From a virus (Duplodnaviria; Heunggongvirae; Uroviricota; Caudoviricetes), in IMG/VR virus record IMGVR_UViG_3300031413_000001: a DNA stretch of 64,000 bases, one strand, 5' to 3'. Of the stretch, positions 37,597 through 46,741 are shown piece by piece (position 1 is the first letter of the stretch; every line of letters begins with the position of its first letter). A program made the translations under genes and the position numbers. The notes beneath the pieces were generated by a model. The model saw only the letters and a program-made list of their open reading frames with translations. It was not told the DNA's origin and searched no databases.

Positions 37597-38013
37597 TTAT
37601 AGGTTTTGGAAGAGCTCATCACCATGCTCACACTGGATATTGCTATCCGTGATCTTCTGGCCAGCAGCCTTGAGAGCCTCGTTGCGGCGACTGACTTCCT
37701 CGGCAGTGTTGAACAGTCGGAGCGATTCCTTGCCCAGGTCGTGGACTTCCCGGATCGTGAGCTTTTTGTCGCCCAGCGCCTTGGCCGTCATCAGGCTCAG
37801 GTCGGGGCAAGCGCCGGTGTAGGTCTGGGTATAGGACTCGCCGTCACCATACTCCTTGGTTTCCGTTTCGTTGAAGACCCGCTTGGCGTCATAGTAATAA
37901 CGCATGGGCGCTTCGCGGTCGGGAAACAGAACGTACTCGGGGGTAATGATATAACCCCAAGCGGCCACGCAGCCGACCATTATGCCGATGCCGATCGACT
38001 TTCCAATGCTCAT
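37597..38013 (-). CDS. membrane-anchored hypothetical protein
   Basis: N-terminal TM; ATGA overlap. Confidence 0.7.
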   Translation of the reverse strand: MSIGKSIGIGIMVGCVAAWGYIITPEYVLFPDREAPMRYYYDAKRVFNETETKEYGDGESYTQTYTGACPDLSLMTAKALGDKKLTIREVHDLGKESLRLFNTAEEVSRRNEALKAAGQKITDSNIQCEHGDELFQNL

Positions 38014-38249
38014 CCCAGTGCCTTCATCAGGAGTTGATAGACGCGAGCCTGCGGGCTGTCGGGGTAGGCGTGGTCGATTGCCATACCGCAGCGACCAGTC
38101 CGATGACACATCGCCGCCCACAGTGCTTCATCGAGGCGCTGGTTGCTTTCGATCTTGGCTTCCGGGGTGGGGTTCCACTCCTTTCCGCCTGCCTTCATCT
38201 GCGCGTACAGGTTTGTGAATTCCTCGCGCTCGTCAGGGGTCAAGGCCAT
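38010..38249 (-). CDS. hypothetical protein
   Basis: operon context. Confidence 0.7.
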   Translation of the reverse strand: MALTPDEREEFTNLYAQMKAGGKEWNPTPEAKIESNQRLDEALWAAMCHRTGRCGMAIDHAYPDSPQARVYQLLMKALG

Positions 38250-38447
38250 TTACTTTCCCTTCTCGTCTTTGGATCCCGAAAAATACAGGAGGATCAGGAA
38301 GATGATGATCGACACCGGGAGGGTAGCGACCGTGTTGCGGGTTCCCTCGTCCCAGTGACCGATGTTCCAATCACCGGCGTTGATCATTCCCAGTGCGATA
38401 GCGATGCCCTGCATGATCGCAAAGAGGAGAAGAATGGCCTTGCCCAT
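38250..38447 (-). CDS. small membrane protein
   Basis: 2 TM. Confidence 0.7.
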   Translation of the reverse strand: MGKAILLLFAIMQGIAIALGMINAGDWNIGHWDEGTRNTVATLPVSIIIFLILLYFSGSKDEKGK

Positions 38448-38647
38448 CAGAAAATACCAGTCCAGTTTTCCGTGGGGCCGAGCACCTTACGAAGACAGGA
38501 GCGACTTTCATCGTCCAGCTTGATGGAGCTCACTTCCCGCGTGGTCATGTCCTCGACCTGGAGGTACATATAGCCATCGTGGTTGCTGGTACCCACCGTG
38601 AACCGATGGGTCTCGCTGATTGCCGAGTTTGCGATCTTTAACGTCAT
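38447..38647 (-). CDS. hypothetical protein
   Basis: AGGAGATCGA RBS. Confidence 0.7.
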   Translation of the reverse strand: MTLKIANSAISETHRFTVGTSNHDGYMYLQVEDMTTREVSSIKLDDESRSCLRKVLGPTENWTGIF

Positions 38648-38678
38648 GCTCGATCTCCTAACAGGAACTGGCCCAGTG

Positions 38679-38984
38679 TCAACCGTGTTCTTCGGTCCAC
38701 CGCTTCAAGTAGTCGTCGAGGTCGGTCCGACTGGTCACCGGCTTGCTGGCGAACGGATCGGGACGCCACTGGGGATCGTTGGAGAGAACGAGGATGCAGT
38801 TGTCGATCGCACCCTCAGGGCTCAGAAAGCAGTCATCGCTGAGCTGATCGCCGTTGGGCAGCTTGGCTGACCACGACCAGCCCGAGATACCGCTGACGAA
38901 CATGATGTCAACGCCCAGATGCTTGTCGCGAACGTCCTGGAACCGTGGATCATTCTGCTCGCACGGATTGTAGGTCTGAATCAC
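38679..38984 (-). CDS. hypothetical protein
   Basis: AAGGAGG RBS, GTG start. Confidence 0.7.
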   Translation of the reverse strand: MIQTYNPCEQNDPRFQDVRDKHLGVDIMFVSGISGWSWSAKLPNGDQLSDDCFLSPEGAIDNCILVLSNDPQWRPDPFASKPVTSRTDLDDYLKRWTEEHG

Positions 38985-39163
38985 TTCTTTGCCTCCTTGC
39001 TCCGGAGTTCGGCCTGACGCCAACCCCTCTGAAAATCCTTGGCCGCTGCACTGTCACCATATGGGTGGAAGTCAACGTCCTCGCCAGCTTCGAACGCTTC
39101 GCGCCCCTCGACCTCGTTGACATTAAAGCCAATCGGTAGCAGCCATATTGGGGTACGCTTCAT
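38981..39163 (-). CDS. hypothetical protein
   Basis: GGAG RBS; G..AF.AG....PY......F..GW motif. Confidence 0.65.
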   Translation of the reverse strand: MKRTPIWLLPIGFNVNEVEGREAFEAGEDVDFHPYGDSAAAKDFQRGWRQAELRSKEAKK

Positions 39164-39221
39164 GTTCAATCTCCAACCAGTATCACTTCTAAATAGCGAA
39201 CACTGGTGAGAGTTCAACCTT

Positions 39222-39587
39222 TTATTTGAAACGCCGATCAATGATTGCGCTGGCTAGATCATTGTAATAGCCGTTGTGGCCATCCAGATCGTAGAGGTAC
39301 CAGCCCGTTCGGTTGAGCCAACGATCCAGATCAGGATTGCCCACGTGCTCAATGAACAGTGGAAGACGGGGCTTCCAGTCCTCACAAAAGCGCGTGAATA
39401 TTCCCTGCCGCTGAAGATGCTGGGGGAGGGTGATGTTTGCCAGTGTGATCACACCCTTCCAGCGGATCGACCGCCGAACGTAGATCTCCAACCCGCTTGC
39501 CTCTGATGTCCACTCACAGTGTAGGCGGGCCATGCCCTCTGCGGGCTCCAGGGCGTATTCCTCGAAGCGTCTGAGTCCGTAGGTCAT
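39222..39587 (-). CDS. GNAT-like protein
   Basis: LANITLPQHLQRQGIFT motif A. Confidence 0.55.
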   Translation of the reverse strand: MTYGLRRFEEYALEPAEGMARLHCEWTSEASGLEIYVRRSIRWKGVITLANITLPQHLQRQGIFTRFCEDWKPRLPLFIEHVGNPDLDRWLNRTGWYLYDLDGHNGYYNDLASAIIDRRFK

Positions 39588-39991
39588 CCGATTGTCACCG
39601 ATACGTCGAAGCGAGTACGCTCACCCATGTCGCCCTTGAACGTGATGCTATCCCACCAGTCCTCGGTGTCGCTGAAGCTGTACTTTCGGCTTGCCCTGAG
39701 GTTGGTGTGAAAGATCTCGGGCTTTCGCAGCTTGTCCTCCACGACTTCAACCAAGAGGTGCCGAATGTAGCTGTAGGAAAACTCATCGACCTTATGCAGG
39801 AGTTCCGTGTCGATCAGGAGGTGAAAGTCCCGCATGACCATGGGCTCATCGTATTCGAAACCATCGCCATCATCGTACATGGTCCAGTTCTCGTGCCACT
39901 CCAGGACTGGATAGTGACCGAATGCCACGAGGAACATCTGCCGGAGAACCTCGGGTTCAACTTCCAAAGCCTGATTGTAAGTTAGCGCCAC
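39584..39991 (-). CDS. hypothetical protein
   Basis: promoter element, AGGGAG, GTG start. Confidence 0.7.
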   Translation of the reverse strand: MALTYNQALEVEPEVLRQMFLVAFGHYPVLEWHENWTMYDDGDGFEYDEPMVMRDFHLLIDTELLHKVDEFSYSYIRHLLVEVVEDKLRKPEIFHTNLRASRKYSFSDTEDWWDSITFKGDMGERTRFDVSVTIG

Positions 39992-40049
39992 GATGTTCTC
40001 CCTAGCCGTTGTCCCAGCCCTAACACCAGAGCTGGGACAGTCAACCAGT

Positions 40050-40811
40050 TTATACCAGGAGATTGACGTACATCTTCTGGATGCGGGGCCAAGCCACCGA
40101 CTTGCTGGGGTTAAAGCGCATCTTGTCCACGACCAGGATACGTCGCGCATAGCCGAGCACTACGTCAGTGGGAGCCTCGTCGAGCAGCTTGGTCAGGAAA
40201 CCGTCGATCTCTTCGTCGGTAGCCGTTCCGGCCTTGCTGGAATTGGCCAGTTCCAGATAGCGCGCTTCCGTTTCGCCGTTGTGCCAGTTTCCCAGGAGCT
40301 CATACGTTGCATTGGCCTGCGCGACACGATCGGCCTCTTCCTGACGAGCGGTCTCCTTGATGTCGCGACGGATGCTCTCGATCCGCTCCTTGGTGTGCTC
40401 CATCAGGGCGCTCTGGAATGCCTCGTAGGTGTCGACGGCCGATCCCTCGTCCTGGATCGCGAAGCCCTGGTCCTCGTCCTGCCATGCTTCCCAGAGGGTG
40501 ACGAGATTGTCGGGGATGAACGTAACGTAGCGGGTGGAACCCATATGGCAGCCGCGCGCATACTCATCATAGGAGAACGTTACGCGGAAGCCACGATCAA
40601 GTGCCTCGCGCTGGAGCCGAATGTCCTCGATGGTTCCCTGATGCTCGCCCCACCGACGACCATCGCTCTCGAAGCTCTTGTTGAAGTGCGTCTTGACCGC
40701 CTCTTCCACGGGATAGTTGCGCTCTGCGCCGGCGATCAGAACAGCGATCGTTTCCAGAACCGTCTGGGGATCACGCTCGCGCTCCACAATCTTAAACAGC
40801 TGACTCGTCAT
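40050..40811 (-). CDS. hypothetical protein
   Basis: AGGAGATCGA RBS. Confidence 0.75.
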   Translation of the reverse strand: MTSQLFKIVERERDPQTVLETIAVLIAGAERNYPVEEAVKTHFNKSFESDGRRWGEHQGTIEDIRLQREALDRGFRVTFSYDEYARGCHMGSTRYVTFIPDNLVTLWEAWQDEDQGFAIQDEGSAVDTYEAFQSALMEHTKERIESIRRDIKETARQEEADRVAQANATYELLGNWHNGETEARYLELANSSKAGTATDEEIDGFLTKLLDEAPTDVVLGYARRILVVDKMRFNPSKSVAWPRIQKMYVNLLV

Positions 40812-40821
40812 ATTCGATCTC

Positions 40822-41010
40822 CTATGCAGCGTTGACCTGGAAGCCGTAGCCCTTGCCAGATTCAACAAACAGCCGACCCGCGACCTCGGCGGATTCTGCA
40901 GTGGGAAAGGAGGCCGCTTTGCTAAAGTAGCGGTTCTTCTTGCCCTGGTTGTCGAGATAGAACTCTTCGTTTTTCTTGGAGAACTTCCCCATTACTTCAA
41001 CGACGAACAT
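40822..41010 (-). CDS. hypothetical protein
   Basis: promoter element and RBS. Confidence 0.7.
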   Translation of the reverse strand: MFVVEVMGKFSKKNEEFYLDNQGKKNRYFSKAASFPTAESAEVAGRLFVESGKGYGFQVNAA

Positions 41011-41064
41011 TCCACTCTCCTCTGCATTTCCGATGTTCTGGATGTAACACCACCCACCCTGCTG

Positions 41065-41394
41065 TCAACCAGGTAGATAGGCTGGCAGCTTTTCCTTGAG
41101 GAGGCGGACCAACTCAGGGTCCATGCGCTCATACTCATCAGGAACATTGAGGACAACCTGTCGCTTGCCATGGAGCGCCCGTTTGAGCGCCTTGCGTCCA
41201 GTTGCTGTCTTCCGATGGTGTTGCTCCATGAAGACCACCACGTCGGCCCATTCCACCATCTCAGGATTCAGGACCACCACTGCATCAAGGTCGGTGCCTG
41301 CGCTGCGGGTCTCCACAGTGGACGAAGCAAACACTTCCTCACCAGTCTTGCTGCGAAGCTTGTTCTGGCTACATACAAAAAGAAGCTTGGTCAC
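41065..41394 (-). CDS. low-molecular-weight protein-tyrosine-phosphatase-like protein
   Basis: LFVCSQNKLRS (CX5R), SAGT, WAD, VPD.Y..MDP.L. Confidence 0.85.
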   Translation of the reverse strand: MTKLLFVCSQNKLRSKTGEEVFASSTVETRSAGTDLDAVVVLNPEMVEWADVVVFMEQHHRKTATGRKALKRALHGKRQVVLNVPDEYERMDPELVRLLKEKLPAYLPG

Positions 41395-41455
41395 CGGGTG
41401 TCTCCTGTTCCACTATGCTTTCCTTTTAGCAGAACAGGACACAGTGTCAACCAGG

Positions 41456-41698
41456 TTATCGCTTCTGCGAGGCCTTCTCGGCCTTTTTGATCTCCGCCAC
41501 CCATTCGTTCTCACGATTGCTCAGCCAGGTGCAAAAGCCCACGGAGAAGAACAGGACCACGTAGCCGAAGAAGCCAGTCAGGCCTTCGGGATTCTGAGGC
41601 GTGACCCAAAAGCTGTTGATGCTGTGGTTGGTCGTTACGGCAACGAAGCCGTAAAAGAGAGCGTTGATCCAGACGTTCATCGTCAGGGGACGGCTCAT
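41456..41698 (-). CDS. small membrane protein
   Basis: 2 TM. Confidence 0.6.
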   Translation of the reverse strand: MSRPLTMNVWINALFYGFVAVTTNHSINSFWVTPQNPEGLTGFFGYVVLFFSVGFCTWLSNRENEWVAEIKKAEKASQKR

Positions 41699-41709
41699 CC
41701 ACTGGTGGA

Positions 41710-41910
41710 TCAAAGCTCGTTTTCCTTGTACCAGCCCCACTCGGCGTTGCTCAGGGTCTTCATGACCTCGATGAACTTCTTCACGGCCTGTTTGGCCTCC
41801 ACGGCGGGGATTACCCCGTTATCGTTGGCCGAGAGTGCTGCGGCGTAGGTTCGCGCATACACGTCTGCGACCATCTTGTCCTTGGCAATGATTGCCTCAC
41901 GACCGTCCAT
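41710..41910 (-). CDS. hypothetical protein
   Basis: promoter element and AGGAGG. Confidence 0.7.
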   Translation of the reverse strand: MDGREAIIAKDKMVADVYARTYAAALSANDNGVIPAVEAKQAVKKFIEVMKTLSNAEWGWYKENEL

Positions 41911-41973
41911 TGGGACCTCCTTTTGTTTCCGATAAAACTGTCCTAACACCAGGACAGGTGGATGCAACCGCTT

Positions 41974-42237
41974 TTACGCGGTGTAAATCTCGGCCAGGAT
42001 ATCGTCGACCATCCGGTTGGGCTCACTGTCGCAGGCACCCAAGTGGATGAACTCGTTCATCGCGGTGTTCATTGCGCGCCACACGCTGCTGGGACTGGAG
42101 CCCTCCATGTTGACAGCCGCTTCCAGGGCCTGGTTCAGATGCTTGGCCGCCGTGTCGCGACCCTTGTTTCCGTACAGGTCCCAATCGTCGGCCGTGAACG
42201 TTGCCTTGATGGTCGTCTTCTTCGTCAGTCCGCGCAT
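41974..42237 (-). CDS. hypothetical protein
   Basis: single-gene cassette. Confidence 0.75.
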   Translation of the reverse strand: MRGLTKKTTIKATFTADDWDLYGNKGRDTAAKHLNQALEAAVNMEGSSPSSVWRAMNTAMNEFIHLGACDSEPNRMVDDILAEIYTA

Positions 42238-42304
42238 TGCCGATCTCCACGTTGTCTGCCTATGTTCTGGTTGTAACACCAGAACACCCAGGGTCAACCA
42301 GTTT

Positions 42305-42577
42305 TCAGAAGAAAGTCACATTCTCCGGACCAAAGTGGAGGACGATTTCACCGACCTGTGCATCAGTGAATGGCTTGCCAGCGTTGGGGTCCACGCCATC
42401 GCAAACGTAGTAGATGCCCTCGTGGAGAACTGCGATATCGCCCTTCAGGGGACCGCCCCACATATCTTCGCAGAATTCCTTGGCGTCTTCGATCGTCTTG
42501 CCACCAGTGCCCAGCGTGAACTCAACGGCCTCGCCGGTGAATTCCATGCCATCGCGATCCGTCGTTACCTGTGCCAT
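42305..42577 (-). CDS. acidic hypothetical protein
   Basis: single-gene cassette. Confidence 0.75.
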   Translation of the reverse strand: MAQVTTDRDGMEFTGEAVEFTLGTGGKTIEDAKEFCEDMWGGPLKGDIAVLHEGIYYVCDGVDPNAGKPFTDAQVGEIVLHFGPENVTFF

Positions 42578-42655
42578 GTTTCGATCTCCTGCTGCGCGCT
42601 TGCGCTGTTTGCCTATGTTCTGGTTTTACAACCTGGACGCTGCGCGTCAACCGCT

Positions 42656-42919
42656 TTATGCAGCGGTGAGCAGCTTTTCATCCATGTAGCCTAGACCATC
42701 TGCAGGCCGACCACGAACCATGTAGAAAGTGCCGTCCGGCTGAACGATGGGAGCGTGGACCTTGTAGCCCCATGCCATCACGGCAGTGTTCACAGCCGCT
42801 GTCTGATGCTTGGTGTGACAATGTCCACCAACCTGGCACCACGTCCGACGACCATCAATGCGGCCTTCGACTTCCACGCCATGCTTGGTGAACTTGACTT
42901 TTTGACCGTTCTCGAACAT
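42656..42919 (-). CDS. hypothetical protein
   Basis: single-gene cassette. Confidence 0.75.
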   Translation of the reverse strand: MFENGQKVKFTKHGVEVEGRIDGRRTWCQVGGHCHTKHQTAAVNTAVMAWGYKVHAPIVQPDGTFYMVRGRPADGLGYMDEKLLTAA

Positions 42920-42980
42920 TGCTTGCTCCTGCTTGCCTATGTTCTGGTTTTAGCAGAACTGGACAGCAGGGCAACCAGTT

Positions 42981-43178
42981 TTAGTCCTCTTTGGGCAGAA
43001 AACTCACGATCTCGCGAGCAGCCTGGATCTCGCCCTGATCCTCGCCACGCGAATAGGCGTCGTCGATGTTGCCGCCCACGTAGCTATTCAGGTCGAAGTC
43101 ATCGTCCTCATAGTCCATTGCCTTGGCGGCCAGCTTCTTCATACGAGCAACGAACTCGTCCGGGACTTCGATCATCAT
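42981..43178 (-). CDS. hypothetical protein
   Basis: AGGAG RBS; GGNIDDAYSRG motif. Confidence 0.7.
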   Translation of the reverse strand: MMIEVPDEFVARMKKLAAKAMDYEDDDFDLNSYVGGNIDDAYSRGEDQGEIQAAREIVSFLPKED

Positions 43179-43189
43179 GGTCTTCTCTC

Positions 43190-43384
43190 CTAGCGATTTG
43201 CGCGACGACTTGCGCGACGGATGCGATTCCTTGCCCGTTCCGGCTTGGCACGACGCTGCCACAAGAGGAACTTAGCACGGCGTGCTCGCTCCAGGGCTAT
43301 AGCGGAATTGACCTCCGACTTGAAATCACGGATCATCTCGTCGCTCATGCTACCCGAGGTGTCGAGGTAGAATGGAATGTTCAT
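43190..43384 (-). CDS. short protein starting with a VWA MIDAS fragment
   Basis: FYLDTSGSMSDE...FKSEV. Confidence 0.55.
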   Translation of the reverse strand: MNIPFYLDTSGSMSDEMIRDFKSEVNSAIALERARRAKFLLWQRRAKPERARNRIRRASRRANR

Positions 43385-43641
43385 CAGCCGATGACCTTTG
43401 CGCCATCGACACCGTACGTCCAGTGGCCCTTCAGGCTCTCGCGCATCACGAGGTAGCGATCGGCCTCGTCCTCGCTCATGCCGCGGCTCATCAGGTCACC
43501 GGCGTCCTCACCGTCCGTGAGGTCCATGAATGCGTTGAGGAGTTCCTGAACGGAAACGCCCGTGCCAACCTTGAGCACGCCGTCGAACATGATCTCTGCG
43601 GTGGGGAGAACTTCGCCTACCAGCTGAACTGTCGTCTTCAT
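43384..43641 (-). CDS. hypothetical protein
   Basis: promoter element and RBS. Confidence 0.75.
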   Translation of the reverse strand: MKTTVQLVGEVLPTAEIMFDGVLKVGTGVSVQELLNAFMDLTDGEDAGDLMSRGMSEDEADRYLVMRESLKGHWTYGVDGAKVIG

Positions 43642-43707
43642 CTTCGATCTCCTGTCTTCGTTTCCTATAACTCTGGTGTAGCGGATTCCACACCAGAGTC
43701 AACCGCC

Positions 43708-43866
43708 TTATTCGCCGATGATCAGCGCGCCATCCTGCGTGAGCGTTGCATCTTCGGCCTGGGTGAGACGATCGTCTTCACCTGCGATGGTGATCGCCAT
43801 GTCCAGCTGGATCTCATCCATGTTGTCGATGATTGCCTTCAGCATCCGCGGGGTCAGTACGCTCAT
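43708..43866 (-). CDS. hypothetical protein
   Basis: single-gene cassette. Confidence 0.7.
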   Translation of the reverse strand: MSVLTPRMLKAIIDNMDEIQLDMAITIAGEDDRLTQAEDATLTQDGALIIGE

Positions 43867-43933
43867 CTTCGATCTCCTAGTTGTTTGCCTACAACCCAGA
43901 GTTAGCACATTCTAACTCTGGGTCAACCGCTTT

Positions 43934-44266
43934 TTAGTGCCGCGTGTTGATCGCACCACGTGCCATTGCGCTGTAATACTGCGAGGGCATGTCGGCCTTC
44001 AGACGGGGCGTCAGCATCGCCATGTAGTTGCCGCCCATCGTCTCGTAGCCCTTTGCCAGCTTGCTACGCAGGAGATCGGCGGGGACGCCGTTGATCTCGG
44101 TCTTGAACTTCAGCGCGCCGTTGCGACGACCCCAGAAGCGAACCAGCGTGTTGCCGATCTTCGCCAGACCCCAGACCTTGTCGTTCTGCGCTGCGCCGCC
44201 GCGAATGCCGCGCTTGCCCTCGTTGTAAAAGTGCGCTGCTGCGATGATTTCGATCTGTGCGGCCAT
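43934..44266 (-). CDS. WGR-domain protein
   Basis: NDKVWG...FWGRR...KLAKGY. Confidence 0.7.
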   Translation of the reverse strand: MAAQIEIIAAAHFYNEGKRGIRGGAAQNDKVWGLAKIGNTLVRFWGRRNGALKFKTEINGVPADLLRSKLAKGYETMGGNYMAMLTPRLKADMPSQYYSAMARGAINTRH

Positions 44267-44356
44267 TTTCTGCTCCTGCTGTGTGCGTTTCCGATAAACA
44301 GACAATAGCACCAGAGTTTGGCCGCGCAACCGCTTTTTAACCAGAGTTTGAACTTT

Positions 44357-45283
44357 TTATCGACGATGCGTTGCTGCTACCCTCATTGGAACTGCCTGAC
44401 TGGTCCGCGTCTTGTAGCGGATGCTGATCGTCATGGTCACCTGCCGGGTGTTGGCACGACGGGCAATCTTCCGAGCCTTCTTCAGCCGGCGGTTCGCTGC
44501 ATCATCACGCGCCTTCAGCTTTCGCTCACGTGTGGTCATCTCGCGGTAAAAGATGTGGTCACCGATCTGCCCCACGACCGTCATATCATAGCGCCATTTG
44601 GGCTTGACTGCCGGTGTGTGATAGTAGGTTGCCCCACCGGTGTTGTCCGTGTTGTCGCCGTTCCACACCAGCTTTGCATCCTTTTGAATGCTGCGCCAGA
44701 GGATCTTCTCGGGATGATCTTCGGGAAGCTGGAGCATGTTGAAGAACGCAACCCGCTGACTGTCGTCGTTCCGGTTCCATGCGCTGTACTGCCAGGGCTT
44801 GTGACACACTCCCCGGAGACCGATGCCAAACATCCGCTTGTTGGCCAGGACACGATTCTTGATAACGTGCATGACTGCGAGGCGACCGGGACGCTTTTGA
44901 TTCCGCGCTTCCATCCAGGTCGTGACCGCCAGTGGCGTCTCGTTGATGGGGCCGCTGTAGGTGTCGCGAGGAATACGGTGACGGCGGATACGAATCTTGG
45001 TCCGCTTCCGGTGAACCTTGGCCTTGGCGTGCGAGGTGTGGGCTTTGCTGTGAATGGACGGACGATGCTGCGCCGCCGGTGCACTGGCAATCAAGCCAGC
45101 GGCCAGGATACCAGCGATCATGGGCTTGGTGCCACGGCTGACGATCTCTTCTGCGAGAACCTCGCTGGGCTGTGGGCGATGGAAGGTGTGCCGCATTGTC
45201 TCACGCGCACCGGGGATTTGGGTTGACCATTCGTCTTCCGACATCAGGTCGGACGTGAAGGCAATGGTCTGATTAACTGACAT
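44357..45283 (-). CDS. cell wall hydrolase, SleB/Hydrolase_2 family
   Basis: WMEAR, AVMHVIKNRV, QYS.WN, GATYYH, IGDHIFY. Confidence 0.88.
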   Translation of the reverse strand: MSVNQTIAFTSDLMSEDEWSTQIPGARETMRHTFHRPQPSEVLAEEIVSRGTKPMIAGILAAGLIASAPAAQHRPSIHSKAHTSHAKAKVHRKRTKIRIRRHRIPRDTYSGPINETPLAVTTWMEARNQKRPGRLAVMHVIKNRVLANKRMFGIGLRGVCHKPWQYSAWNRNDDSQRVAFFNMLQLPEDHPEKILWRSIQKDAKLVWNGDNTDNTGGATYYHTPAVKPKWRYDMTVVGQIGDHIFYREMTTRERKLKARDDAANRRLKKARKIARRANTRQVTMTISIRYKTRTSQAVPMRVAATHRR

Positions 45284-45360
45284 TCTATTCGATCTCCAAG
45301 AACATTGTTCTACGTCTATGCAACAATATCCTTAAAGAAGCGTTTGCGAGTTGTCAAATC

Positions 45361-45705
45361 CTAGACAGTCTCGCGCCAGTTGTCACCAAAGCCGCGACGA
45401 CCGCCACTCTTTATGGCGTAGCTGGCAACCTCCCGGGCATACCTGCAACCCTCACTGCCAGCGGAAAAGCTCACGCAGACAGCAGGTCGCTTCCGGTATA
45501 TCGTGCAGCCCACACAAGCGCCAATGGTTCCCTCGAGTGCTTGGCAGCGTCCACCGAGGTGCCGTTTGAGAAAGCCACCAGTGACCATACGCTTGGGAGT
45601 GGAGTCCTCGGGCGTCACAGAAACTTTGCCGGCCACGACGCAACATGCGCCGCAAGCCTGGCAATCATATGGACCCTCTGGGGGAAGTGCGTCAGACTTC
45701 TGCAT
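45361..45705 (-). CDS. YkgJ/CxxCxxCC Fe-S/Zn cluster protein
   Basis: CQACGACC...C.AL...CTIY..RP.VC. Confidence 0.85.
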   Translation of the reverse strand: MQKSDALPPEGPYDCQACGACCVVAGKVSVTPEDSTPKRMVTGGFLKRHLGGRCQALEGTIGACVGCTIYRKRPAVCVSFSAGSEGCRYAREVASYAIKSGGRRGFGDNWRETV

Positions 45706-45934
45706 AAAGACGCACCGTTACGTTACCGCCAGGCGAAAAATAATCGTATGCCTGACCGTCGAGATTTTCGGCCGTCTCGATGTTGGGGAGAAAAAGCTTC
45801 ATGCGACCCGTCAGCGCGCTCTTGATGTAAAAGCCCGAGAGGGGAAAGCCGTGAATCTTAAGATCGTCCAGAAAGCTAACGCCCTCATTGGACTTCCACT
45901 TAAAGTCCTGGCTCTTAAAAGTCCGCATCGTCAT
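45692..45934 (-). CDS. hypothetical protein
   Basis: promoter element and RBS. Confidence 0.7.
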   Translation of the reverse strand: MTMRTFKSQDFKWKSNEGVSFLDDLKIHGFPLSGFYIKSALTGRMKLFLPNIETAENLDGQAYDYFSPGGNVTVRLYAEV

Positions 45935-46009
45935 CGCCTGTTCTCCGCTGCCTATACACCAGAGTTAGCAGAAACTGGAACACTGTCAACCAGTTTTATT
46001 CAGTCACAG

Positions 46010-46172
46010 GCAGAAACGGGAGGGACAAGCCCTCCCGATGACCGCAGTTGATCTCAGGATTATCTCCCGGAAGCCATATCCGGGGCCTGAGGACCGCTAA
46101 CAAAACCACGCTGCCCTTTTTCTGGAATCGGGCTCTTTATGCCGGGCTGTAAACAATACCGAGCGTCTTGTT
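46010..46172 (-). ncRNA. candidate structured small RNA
   Basis: own promoter (-35 ~46202, -10 ~46182), no AGGAG RBS, nested helices, terminal 8-bp hairpin. Confidence 0.4.
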
Positions 46173-46339
46173 ACCAGTTGTTTAGCACTCTGGTTGGGCA
46201 CGTCAACCAGAGATTTAGGGTTGTTGATTTATCCAAGCTTCACGCGCTCCACGTGTGGCAAAACGACGGCTCAGATTTCCTTGCCGGGCAAAGTAGTGGT
46301 TTCCCTCGGTGGTCAGGGTCCAGCCCTTGTAGACAACCA

Positions 46340-46693
46340 TCAGTCGTCCACCCCTGCGCCCCAGTATTGGTCATGGATGCTGTCATTCTTATCGTGACAG
46401 AACAAGCGGGTCTTCTTGACCATGGCGGACCAATCATCCCAGACCAAGTCTAGCTCAACCGTGTCATCGCCATCTTTGGGCGGAACGCTCTCGAGAAGGA
46501 TACTGAGCTCCTCGACTTCCTTGATCTTCCACTTGCTGTCCTTGGGCGAGAAGCCCGCCTCCAGCCATACCTGGCCAGTTGCGGGTTCTGTTTCCTCAGC
46601 CTTGCGCCAAAGGTACAAGCGATAAGGAATGCGCCAATATTTCCATGCTGCCCACCCGGCGGTGGTCAATGTTCCAAATGTAATCAGCGCCAT
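46340..46693 (-). CDS. hypothetical protein
   Basis: GGAGG RBS. Confidence 0.7.
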   Translation of the reverse strand: MALITFGTLTTAGWAAWKYWRIPYRLYLWRKAEETEPATGQVWLEAGFSPKDSKWKIKEVEELSILLESVPPKDGDDTVELDLVWDDWSAMVKKTRLFCHDKNDSIHDQYWGAGVDD

Positions 46694-46741
46694 TCTGCCC
46701 TCCAAACCAACCCATTACTTATGGATTGGCCGGGGGCAGTT

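Noticed and set aside
39190-39195. TAAATA late promoter on + strand
   Set aside because: No credible + gene or RBS follows; it points antisense into a - strand gene.
41910-44340. Cassette boundaries as integron attC sites
   Set aside because: They lack the RYYYAAC...GTTRRRY long imperfect palindrome, are better explained as promoters, and no integron integrase is in the window.
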